A stretch of DNA of 62,447 bases, the filler included, from Chrysochromulina tobinii (lineage: Eukaryota): NCBI GenBank assembly GCA_001275005.1. It is 7 parts of 7 records of this genome, joined end to end, with 100 filler letters (N's around TTAATTAATTAA, not from the genome) between each part and the next. Parts side by side here need not be neighbours in the genome. Positions count along the whole stretch, not along the records: positions 41,977 to 49,551 come from JWZX01001038.1; positions 49,652 to 54,893 come from JWZX01001040.1; positions 54,994 to 58,639 come from JWZX01001042.1; 4 more parts are not named here. The stretch is one strand, 5' to 3'. The position numbers were made by a program, and so were the translations under genes. Numbering within the stretch: position 1 is the first letter of the stretch; each line of letters begins with the position of its first letter. Shown one piece after another: positions 45,401 to 55,862 of this stretch. Under the pieces are notes generated by a model, which was not told the origin of the DNA, did no database searches, and saw only the letters and a program-made list of their open reading frames with translations.

Positions 45401-48196
45401 GCTCAGCCTGCTGATGACCTCTGATTGCCTCTTGATTGCCTTTGAGGACCTCTGATTGCCTCCCTCATCAGGTGCTCGAGCACCGCGAGCTCACGAAACT
45501 CGTAACCACCTTCCTCGAGCCATACGCGGACCGTGCCATCGGCGCAGAGCCGGTAGCGACTGGCACGCCGACTCCCAGCACGGCGCCCAGCTCGCTCATG
45601 CGGCTGCACTGCCAGTGGCAGCAGACGTCGACGGGCACTGGCCGCCTCTCGTCGCGCCATCCGAATGTGCAGGTGTCGATCACTCTTGATGGCCCTTGAT
45701 GACCCTTGATGACTCTTGATGACCTTGATGACCTTGATGACCCTTGATGACCCTTGATGACCCTTGATGACCCTTGATGACCCTTGATGACCCTTGATCG
45801 CCATCCAAAGCGACGTGTGCCCCACAGCGAGTTCCCCACAGCGAGTTCCCCACAGCGGGTTCCAAAGGGGAGCTCGACGCGCCCCTGCCTTGCATGCAAA
45901 CGCTCACCACGGCGCTCCGTCTCCCCACAGCAAGTGCCAAAGGGGAGCTCGACGCTCGTTACGACGCTCGAGGCGCTCGAGGCGAGGGACGCTCGGGACG
46001 ACGCTGATTCTCTCGCCACGTCGGCAGCTGTGGCCAGCGGCAGCGGCGGCAGCAGCGGCGGCGGCAGCGGCGGGCACTCGACGTCGGCGGCGACAGTGAG
46101 CGTCCGTGCAGCGTTCCGTGCGGCTGCATGCATGTGCTCAGCACGGCGCGCCCTCTTCCCCACAGGTGAGCGTCCGTGCAGCGTTCCGTGCGGCTGCATG
46201 CATGTGCTCAGCACGGCGCGCCCTCTTCCCCACAGGTGAGCGTCCGTGCAGCGTTCCGTGCACCGCCATCGCATGTGCTCATCGCGGCGGACTACAAGCA
46301 ACTCGAGATGCGCCTGATGGCGCAGCTCTCGGCTGACCCTCGGCTGCAGGCCTGCCTCAACGACAACGGTCGCGACTTCTTCGTGCAGGTGTGAATTGCC
46401 TCTAATTACCTCTAATTGCCTCTGATGACACCTAATTGCCTCTCATTGCCTCAACGGTCGCGACTTCCTCGTGCAGGTGTGAATTGCCTCTAATTGCCTC
46501 TAATTGCCTCTAATTGCCTCTGATGACACCTAATTGCCTCTAATTGCCTCAACGGTCGCGACTTCCTCGTGCAGGTTGCCTCCCACTTCTTACTACCTCT
46601 TGATGACTTCTCGATGACTTCTCGATGACTTCTTAAAGACCTCTCGATGACCTCTTGATGACTTCTTGATGACCTCTTGATGACCTCTTGATGACCTCTT
46701 GATGACTTCTGGATGACCTCTCGATGACTTGTGGATGACCGCTCGATGACCTCTTAATTGCCGCTTGATGACCTCTTGATGACTTCTTGATGACCTCGTG
46801 CAGGTGGCCTCCCAGTGGCACAAGGGAAAGCCGGCCGACGCCGTGACAGCCGTCGAGCGCAACCAAGCCAAGCAGCTCTGCTACGGCCTCATGTACGCAA
46901 TTACCCGAATTACCCTGATTACCCTGATTACCCTGATTACACTGATTACACTGATTACCCTGATTACCCTGATTACCCTGATTACCCTGATTACCCAACC
47001 AAGCCAAGCAGCTCTGCTATGGCCTCATGTACGCAGGCTGGGCGTCGCCCTGCCGTGCATGCACGCGCTCACCACGGCGCTCCCCGTCCCCCCAGGTACG
47101 GGATGGGCGTCGCCATGCTCGCGAGCTCTCTCGGGTTGAGCGTGGCTGACGCCAAGGGTCTCAAGCGCACCTTCTTCGACGCCTTTCTTAAATTGGGTCG
47201 CTTCGGCGAGCAGCTCAAGCAGCGCTGCCGCGAGGTGCTGATTGCGCTTGATGGTCAGTGATTGCCTCCCTCATCAGGTGCTCGGGGCGGAGACGGTGGC
47301 GGGTCGGCTTGATTGTCAATGATTGCCTCCTGATTGCCTCCCTCATCAGGTGCTCGGGGCGGAGACGGTGGCGGGTCGGCTTCGGCCGCTGCCAGACATC
47401 GCCTCGCGTGACGAAACCGAGCGTGCGCGCGCCGAGCGGCAGGCTGTGAACACAGTGATCCAAGGGTCGGCCGCGGACCTGATGAAGGAAGCAATGATCC
47501 GCACGTGCGCTGCGCTCTCGACGCGAGGCCTCTAATTGCCTCCTAATTGCCTCCTAATTGCCTCCTAATTGCCTCCCTCATCAGGTGCGCTGCGCTCTCG
47601 ACGCGTGGCGTGTCGACGGCCCGGCTGATTGCACAGGTGATTACATTTGATTGCGCGGGTGATTACATGTGATTGCGAAGGTTCCACTCCGTTTGCACTG
47701 ACCACGATTGCCTCTGATGAACTCTGATGACCTCTAATTGCCTCTGCCTCTGATGAACTCTGATGACCTTTAATTGCCTCTGCCTCTGATGAGCTCTGAT
47801 GACCTCTTGTTGCCTCTGATGAGCTCTGATGACCTCTAATTGCCTCTGATGAGCTCTAATTGCCTCTGATTGCGCAGATACACGACGAGATGCTCTTCGA
47901 GGTGCACGAGGGACAGGCGGAGATGGCCTCTCCTTGATGGCCACTGATGGCCTCTGATGGCCTCTGATGGCCTCTGATGGCCTCTGATGGCCTCTGATGG
48001 CCTCTGATGGCCTCTGATGGCCCCTGTTTTGCCTCTGATAGGCTCTGATTGCCTCCCTCATCAGGTGCACGAGGGGCAGGCGGCCGACGCGATGATGATC
48101 ATCAAGCACGAGATGGAGCACGTGTGGATCGCGAAGCTGCGCCTGCCGGTCGCAGTGACCTTCGGGCCGTCGTGGGCCGAGATGGCGCCGTGGTGA
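41977..48196 (+). CDS. Family-A DNA polymerase, Pol theta/nu-like polymerase domain; many short exons; 5' truncated
   Basis: Exon pieces in order: LAAMELAGM, INLASAQQV, VLEHRELTKLVTTF, TGTGRLSSRHPNVQ, AADYKQLEMRLMAQLS (motif A), RNQAKQLCYGLMYGMG (motif B), AERQAVNTVIQGSAADLMK, QIHDEMLFEV (motif C), GPSWAEMAPW-stop. Confidence 0.9.
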
Positions 48197-48660
48197 GCAC
48201 TTGCATGCACCTGCCGGTCGCTGTGAGGAGACTGGGGCGCGGCACCGAGGGGAGCGCCGTTTGTACGTACGCCGGTGTCGGCGACGGTCGTCCTCGTCGA
48301 CGACCCTGTGTAGACCCTGTGCGAAGATAGCAAAGTCGTTTCACCAGATGACACGTGGGAAGATACGAGATGATCGGAGACGTCGTGGCCGCCGGCAGGA
48401 ATGACGAATGTGGGACAACCTTCTAAGAAAGTGTTGGAATAAATGTTAAATCCAATTATATGCGTGTTGATGGAACACCTTGAGCATTCTCGTTTCTCCG
48501 CCCTCACGGTCACGCTCAGAGCCCTCACTCAGGTGGCGATGGTACGAATGAGTGCGGGGTTCGTGTTCCATCACTGACAGTGCACGTCTTCCGCCGTCGC
48601 ACATGTCCGCACTTCACACATCACACAGCTCACAGGTTCACGTCGCGTCCAAGTTCGACC

Positions 48661-49551
48661 TCACATTCGGAATACCTTTTGCTGGCTCACCATGTCGGGC
48701 ATGTCCTGCATGCGCGAGCGCTCCGCCAATGTGCGCGTGCGGATCGTGTTACTGCCCGAAGCGCCGATGACGCCCGCCATCGCCGGCTCTGCGCCGCCCT
48801 CGGCACCGTCTGCACGGGACGAGCCTTCCGTTTCGAAAGAATGACGGTCGAAGCGACCGCTCATCTCGATGCCACCGCCACCACCGTCGCCGCCGCCGAG
48901 CGGTGGAGGTGGTGGCGAGTCTGTAACCCTCGCCCTGCTGCACGCGTGTGCCTGATGTTGATGAAGAGGGTTGACGGAGACCCTCCTCACGGACATGCTG
49001 CGGAGCCAGTCGTTGACGTCCTTGCGCCGCAGCTCGACTTGTCTGCGCCTCATCCACCAGCAGACCATCGCCGTGCAGCAGATTACCAAGCCGCACAGAA
49101 GCGCAGCACTCACTGCCAGCGAGGCGATGACGAGGGACGATGACGAGATGTTGATCTCGCCCCCACCGGCACTGATGACAAAGGGGGCGTTTGGCGGCGG
49201 TGGCGGCGGTGGTGCGACGTCCGCCGTGGCTGTGGGTGGCGTCACGACCGCGAGCACGGCGATCGAGACGCCGGTGACGCTCGCGAGCAGAGCGGTCGCG
49301 CTGCTCGCGTTACTCGTCGCGCTGGCCATTGCCGACTGCACCGAGGTCGCCATGACCGTGGGCGTGAGGATGCGCACGCCGACGATGACGCTGCCCGACG
49401 TGACAGTCAACTCCACCGCCGATGGGTCGACGCCTGCCCGAGCCGCAATCGCACTCTTCATCTCGGTCCGCACGCTCGGGGTGAAGGAGGAGACGTCGCC
49501 GGCGAGCTCGAGGGCGAAGTTGACGACGCTCATCGCCGGCGGTGGTGGCTT
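48661..49551 (-). CDS. C-terminal part of a proline-rich single-pass surface protein (5' truncated)
   Basis: LAGDVSSF...GVDPSAVELTVTSGSVIV module, poly-Pro, TM helix; paralogous to 18463-19395. Confidence 0.7.
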   Translation of the reverse strand, partial: KPPPPAMSVVNFALELAGDVSSFTPSVRTEMKSAIAARAGVDPSAVELTVTSGSVIVGVRILTPTVMATSVQSAMASATSNASSATALLASVTGVSIAVLAVVTPPTATADVAPPPPPPPNAPFVISAGGGEINISSSSLVIASLAVSAALLCGLVICCTAMVCWWMRRRQVELRRKDVNDWLRSMSVRRVSVNPLHQHQAHACSRARVTDSPPPPPLGGGDGGGGGIEMSGRFDRHSFETEGSSRADGAEGGAEPAMAGVIGASGSNTIRTRTLAERSRMQDMPDMVSQQKVFRM

Positions 49552-49651
49552 NNNNNNNNNNNNNNNNNNNNNNNNNNNNNNNNNNNNNNNNNNNNTTAAT
49601 TAATTAANNNNNNNNNNNNNNNNNNNNNNNNNNNNNNNNNNNNNNNNNNNN
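49552..49651. other. Artificial contig-joining spacer
   Basis: N44-TTAATTAATTAA-N44. Confidence 0.99.
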
Positions 49652-52600
49652 ACCGGCTGACGCCAAAGTGCACGCCGCTCGGCACGCCGCGCACCTCGGC
49701 GGCCCTCTGGCCGTTGATGTGCCACGCGAGCACGCCGCCAGCGAGCGTCATGCGGATCCGATCGCCCGCCTTGTACGTGGGCAGGCCGTCCTGGACCCGG
49801 GAGCCCTCGTGCTTGATTACACCGTCCGCCCTGTAGCCCCAGCTCCCAGCTTCTTCACCCAAATAGCTGGACAGGGCGCCCTTGCCCGGCAGCGCCGCGC
49901 CGATGCAGCAGCCACCAGGATCGGTGCACTGCTGCACGACGAGCTCGACCATCGGCGAGACCGCGCCGAGCAGCGCCCGCCCGTCGCTCTTCACGAGTCT
50001 CACGCTCCGCCCGTCGTCGCCGAGCGTGGCGCTCTCGACCTTGAGCTCCGGCGCAAACAGCAGCGCGAGCCGTTGCAGCACGGCGGTGTCTGTCGCTTCG
50101 ATCGCCTGCGCCGAGCAGTCAACCTCACGCAGCGACAGACGGCACGCGCCGCTCATCAGGGCCGCCTGCCGCTCCAGGACCGCCTCAAACGGCATCCGAC
50201 CGTCCGTCGTGTACAGCACGTTCGCGAGCCGCAGCTCGGCAAGTGGCGCCGCACTCTCGCGCAGGCCCTTACCGATGAGACGCGCCGCCTCGGCCGCGCA
50301 TGACGAGCCGCTCAGATCGAGCGTCGACAGGCTGGTGCTCGCCTTAAGGAGCGCGCCCACGACGGCGCCCTCGGCCTCGCCCACCGCTAGGCCGCCCGTC
50401 GACACCAACTCGCCTGATCGCAGCTCGCCCACGGGCATCACCCACTCGCCAAGCCTCAGCGTCTGCAGCGCGCGGCCCGCCGATACGAGCGCGACCGCCT
50501 CGTCCGCGCCCACCTCGAGGCCGCCGAGGTCGAGGTGGCGCAGGTGCGCCGCGAGCGTTAGCACGCTCTGCACCAGGTCGGCGCGCACCTCGGGGCCGAA
50601 GACGCTCCCATCCGAGCCGGGCCTCAGCCCGCCCAGCCGCAGCTTGGCCAGCGACACAACAGGTATGAGAGCTGCGACGACCATGCCGCCCTCATCGCCG
50701 ATCTCCTTGTCCTTCAGGTCGAGCTCGGTGATGGAGTTGGCGCGCATCTCCTTGATCGGGATCCCGTTGAACATCTCGATCTTGAGGTTGCCGAGGACCG
50801 CGTCTGAAAGTTGCGCGGCGCCGTCGCCCGTGATGTTCTTGCCACGCACGTCGACGCGTGTTAATGAGCCCGTAGCAATGTCTGATGCGATCAGGATGAT
50901 GTCCGCTGGGCCAAGGCCCTGGTTGGCAAAGTTGGCCTCCTTCTGATCGCGTTTGATGCCGAAGAGCATAATGCCCTTTTCAACACCGATCTTGGCGAGC
51001 ACCTTGGCCGACTCGCTGTCCAACTTGTTGCCGCGCAGGTTGCACTCGGTGATCATTGTAGAAGCAGAAAGGTACTCAGCCAGTGGCGTAGTGATCCCAG
51101 GGCCCAAGTTCTCGCCGGACAGGTCCCATGCGGTGATCGTGCTGGTGGGGCTCTCGCGCAGGGCGTTGAAGATGATGGTCCAGCCCTCGACGCCCAAGTT
51201 GTTGCCGCGCACGTCGACGCGCGCGAGCACCGACATAGCAGGTATGAGAGCTGCGACGACCATGCCGCCCTCGTTGTCGATCTTCTTGTCCTTCAGGTCG
51301 AGCTCGGTGATGGAGTTGGCGCGCATCTCCTTGATCGGGATCTCGTTGAACATCTCGATCTTGAGGTTGCCGAGGACAGCGGCTGAGAGCTGCGCGGCGC
51401 TGTTGCCCGTGATGTTGTTGCCGCGCACGTCAATGCTAGTTAATGAGCCATTAACGCGGAAGGCATCCGCAAGAGCGTTAAGACCAGACATGTCTGGCAA
51501 ATGGGTCATTTTGATGTCGCCATCTCTGTCTTTGGCCTTAGAGACGATCATTTCCTTGCCCTGATAAACCACTATGTCGCCCTCATTGAAGGAAGAGCCC
51601 TGGACCTGGCTTGCCTTGATGTAGCCAGTCTCAGTCACCGAACAGAGATTGTTGGACGAGAGATTGAGACTCGTCAACGCGCCCGTAGCAATGTCTGACG
51701 CGATCAGGATGGCGTCCGATGGGCCAAGGCCCTGGTTGGCAAAGTCGGCCTCCTTCTGATCGCGTTTGATGCCGAAGAGCATGATGCCCTTCTCGATGCC
51801 GATCTTGGCGAGCACCTTGGCCGACTCGCTGTCCAACTTGTTGCCGCGCAGGTTGCACTCGGTGATCATTGTAGAAGCAGAGAGAAACTCAGCCAGTGGC
51901 GTAGCGATCCCAGGGCCCAAGTTCTCGCCGGACAGGTCCCATGCGGTGATCGTGCCGGTGGGGCTGTCGCGCAGGGCGGTAAAGATGATGGTCCAGCCCT
52001 CCACGCCCAAGTTGTTGCCGCGGACGTTGACGCGCGCGAGCACCGACATAGCAGGTATGAGAGCTGCGACGACCATGCCGCCCTCGTTGTCGATCTTCTT
52101 GTCCTTCAGGTCGAGCTCGGTGATGGAGTTGGCGCGCATCTCCTTGATCGGGATCCCGTTGAACATCTCGATCTTGAGGTTGCCGAGGACAGCGGCTGAG
52201 AGCTGCGCGGCGCCGTCGCCCGTGATCTTGTTTCCGCGCACGTCAATGCTAGTTAATGAGCCATTAACGCGGAAGGCATCCGCAAGAGCGTTAAGACCAG
52301 ACATGTCTGGCAAATGGGTCATTTTGATGTCGCCATCTCTGTCTTTGGCCTTAGAGACGATCATTTCCTTGCCCTGATAAACCACTATGTCGCCCTCATT
52401 GAAGGAAGAGCCCTGGACCTGGCTTGCCTTGATGTAGCCAGTCTCAGTCACCGAACAGAGATTGTTGGACGAGAGATTGAGATTCGTCAACGCGCCCGTA
52501 GCAATGTCTGACGCGATCAGGATGGCGTCCGATGGGCCAAGGCCCTGGTTGGCAAAGTCGGCCTCCTTCTGATCGCGTTTGATGCCGAGGAGCATGATGC

Positions 52601-54119
52601 CCTTCTCAACACCGATCTTGGCGAGCACCTTGGCCGACTCGCTGTCCAACTTGTTGCCGCGCAGATTGCACTCGGAGATCATTGTAGAAGCAGAGAGGTA
52701 CACAGCCAGTGGCGTAGCGATCTCAGGGCCCAAGTTCTCGCCGGACAGGTCCCATGCGGAGATCTTGCTGGTGGGGCTGTCGCGCAGGACGGAGAAGATA
52801 CTGGACCAGCCCTCAATGCCCAAGTTGTTGCCGCGCACGTCGACGCGTCTTAATGCGCTCATGGCAGGCAAGAGATAGGCAATGAGCATGACCGCAGGCC
52901 CATGGAGCCCCTTGTTGCACAAGTCAAGCTCCGTCACGGTGCCCTCGCGCATGTGCTGCACCGGAATGCCACATGCCCCACCTGAGCCCGCACAGGCAAC
53001 AGCTGCGATCGTCAGCCTCAACGGTGGCTCTCCCTCGCCTGAGATGCAGCTGTGGAGAGCTTCCTTAGCAGCACCATGTAACAATGAAGGGCGGCGCCAG
53101 TCGCCCATCCCGCATTGCAGATCCGCGGCCCGAACGGCGGCCACGTCCACCACATAGCCGTAGCCACGGAGGCGCGCAAGCCCAGGCAGCATACGCCCCG
53201 CTACGGCCGCGTCCCCGGGCCGGCCGGCCTCGATGAGCAGCTCCACGTCCAGGTCGGTGATCTCGTCCAGTTGTGTGGGTGGCGGCTGCCCGCGGCCGCG
53301 GCACAGGCGCGAGCAGAGGACACGGCGTGACAGCGCACGCCAACTTCGATTCACGCCCTTGAGCTCGCACAGCGTGACCACGTCCAGCAGGCCCAGAGCC
53401 GCCTCCTTTGCATCCTCTGTGGCTGGCAACCCCGAGAATGAGGGCTGCTGCTGCAGCGCAGGCGGTGCCGTGGAGGTGGCCGCCGGCTGCTGCTGCGCCT
53501 CGAAGGCCTCTGGTAGAAATGCCGGCTCAGCGAGAGCCGCCGCACGCTCCTCCGCGCCGTCAAAGTCACTACCCGCGCCTAGCACCACGCAGAGGTCGTG
53601 AGCGCGCTGGCCGTTGAGCCGCTGTGCGATCGCACGCTGGATGTGCTCGAGCGCCCTGTTGGCGTCGAGAAAGAGGGCACCCTCGACGAGCTCCATCAGC
53701 TGCGACATCGAGCACTCGTCGACACTCGGCCGTGTGGAGTCAGGAGCACTCAGCTTCCCCAGCAAGTCAAGCGTCCAGGCCGCAATTGCCGGCACTGGGT
53801 ACACGCCATCCTCGGGAGGGGCGTCGTCCATGAGATCCTTCAAATGACCAGCGAGTCGAGCCACCTCGCGCGACATCGTGACCTCCTCTCCGTCTCGCGC
53901 ACGCACGCGTATCTGCTCATCATCGCGTTTGGCCTTCTTCGCCGGGGGCGCCCCTTCCTGCTCCTCGGCCGACGATGCAGCGACGATCGTGACCTCCTCT
54001 CCGTCTCGCGCACGCACGCGGATTGGCTCTTCATCGCGTTTGGCAATTTTCGCCGGGGGCGCCTCATCCTGCTCCTCGGCCGACGATGCAGCGACGATCG
54101 TCTTGCCCGAGAGGCTCAT
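49652..54119 (-). CDS. Skp1-like + F-box-like + RNI/NLRC3-type LRR array + SPRY-like domain protein (3' truncated)
   Basis: IRVRARDGEEVTMSREVA...LMELVEGALFLD...AQRLNG...SDF (Skp1); ALGLLDVVTLCELKGVNRSWRALS (F-box-like); LTSIDVRGNxIxxxGA LRRs; YLGEEAGSWGYRADG...YKAGDRI...WHING (SPRY). Confidence 0.85.
50640..52860. repeat. Near-identical 813-nt (271-aa) internal tandem repeats, ~2.7 copies
   Basis: GATCGCGTTTGATGCCG recurs at 50945, 51758, 52571. Confidence 0.9.
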
Positions 54120-54180
54120 TGTGCGTGTCCTTTTTTGGGTCAAAGCGGGGACTCGGCTCCTACAGTCGACTCGGCTCCTA

Positions 54181-54214
54181 GTTCAAGTTCAAGTTCAAGT
54201 TCAAGTTCAAGTTC
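54181..54214. repeat. (GTTCAA)5+ microsatellite, preceded by GACTCGGCTCCTA direct repeat
   Basis: Directly visible. Confidence 0.9.
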
Positions 54215-54893
54215 GCCTACCGCTCGGCGTCGTCGTGCACGCGAGGGTCATCGATTTCCTCGAGCGTGGCTACTTTATCAACGAGGCGGCCCGATGGTTG
54301 CGCGAACTAGGCGCCGAGGTTACGCATGAAGTAGGCGGCAATAGGCCTCTGCAAGGGAAGAATGGCTGCGGGATCGCCGCGGGCGGTGCCTGCGGCGCGC
54401 TCGCCGCAGCGGGGCCTCTTTGGAGTGCCATCCGAGACGCTGACGTCAGCCTCGCGACCGACGGTGTTTTCGTACAGCGCATCAGCGCCGAGCTCGGTTT
54501 CGAGCCAGCGCGTTTGCTCGACGAGACTGACGTGGGCAGAGTGCTCGACACGGTGCGTCCGTCTGCAAATGGCGGCGCTGCCTACGCCGGTTACTTCGAA
54601 TGGTGTTCCGTAGTTCCTGTGGACCTGCTTTGTCACGTGCTCGTCAACGACATCGAGTCGGTCGGCGCTGGCGGCGGCAGGAAGCTCAAGATAGCGGCAG
54701 TTGCCAATCAGCTGTCTAACGGAGAGTGCGTGCTCGGGCACCCACACTGGATCGCCGTGGCGTACGAGGTGAGCCTGGAGTCGCGCGTAGCTGCCAACGG
54801 TGCCCCGGCCGACGGCACCAGAGGAGCGAGCAGAGCAGTTTCGTCAAACGGACGGCCGGTGCGTGAGTCTCGGGAGCCGGCACGCCTCGAGCA
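54215..54893 (+). pseudogene. Start-less ORF fragment with papain/Josephin-like cysteine-protease motifs
   Basis: LQGKNGCG (Cys at 54367) ... AVAN...GHPHWIAVAY (His at 54745); no ATG after the microsatellite. Confidence 0.4.
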
Positions 54894-54993
54894 NNNNNNN
54901 NNNNNNNNNNNNNNNNNNNNNNNNNNNNNNNNNNNNNTTAATTAATTAANNNNNNNNNNNNNNNNNNNNNNNNNNNNNNNNNNNNNNNNNNNN
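54894..54993. other. Artificial contig-joining spacer
   Basis: N44-TTAATTAATTAA-N44. Confidence 0.99.
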
Positions 54994-55199
54994 CAGATTA
55001 GTCGGTAGGTTATGGCACAGAATCCTACAAATAGTGTGTGTGGCATCACTTTCAGGGCCAAAATGCAGTGATTCACACTCAGCTGAGCGCTTGTGATGTG
55101 GCTCATCATCCTGATCGTGATTACATCATGATTGCTCATCGAGACCGGGGCTGCCGAGAGGCGGCCCACGCTTCACTCGCGCGCGGCGCGTGCGCCGAC

Positions 55200-55415
55200 C
55201 CCCCTAACGAATGCTATCACATGAAGAAGAAACCAAAGATGATATGTCGATATATCATGTGTCGCCGAGGGACATGATATATCGTGTAGACGACATTGAT
55301 ACACAATGATACACAATGATAGACAATGAGAGCGTTATGATATATGACGATATATGATGATATCTTGTATCGAAAATAGCCTTTTCTTGTATCGAAAATA
55401 ACCCCAATCCCCTCA
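55200..55415. mobile_element. Possible DNA-transposon terminus with subterminal repeats
   Basis: AT-rich island with GATATATCATGT..ACATGATATATC inverted pair, (TGATACACAA)n, 2x TCTTGTATCGAAAATA, ending ACCCCAATCCCCT. Confidence 0.4.
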
Positions 55416-55862
55416 CTACATACCCAATGGTCCGCACTCCCGAGAGGAAGTGCTAACCCGACGGGCATCTAAATGACCGATCCCCCTGTCTAGTACGTAC
55501 CGTACCACCGCTGTGTCCCCGCGTGTGACACAGCAGCAGAGCGGCGCGCGAAGGCGCGACGAAACCCTACCAGTGGGCTGATACAACTTCGCACGCACAG
55601 ACGTTGATATATCCGGATAGGCTTCCAGGTTCCCGTGTAGCTCCTGCGTGCTGAACTTTCTAAAAACATGTCCACCGCCGTCGGCGTTTGGAAGAGAGGT
55701 ACAACATTGACGGAGCGCGGCGCTTCATGTTTCCTTAGTGGGCACAATTAACGCACGCAACGCTTGAGATTTCCTAATAATCAGCCGCGCTTCTAAAATC
55801 GGAAAGCCGCGGAGTTCCGCCGCGTCTTGCGTCGCGCCTCGCTAGCGAATCCGTCCGTCGAC

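Noticed and set aside
46895..46996. (GATTACCCT)n as a telomeric repeat
   Set aside because: Intronic, has a 9-nt unit, and is a variant of the same intron micro-repeat family.
41977..48064. CRISPR-like repeat/spacer appearance of the recurring cassette
   Set aside because: Spacing is irregular, intervening sequences are exons or exon duplicates, there are no cas genes, and the context is eukaryotic.
30781..48196. Retroelement next to a host family-A polymerase gene, suggesting an operon-like system
   Set aside because: They are separated by a spacer (41877-41976). The host gene is a conventional intron-rich Pol theta/nu-like gene with different motifs.
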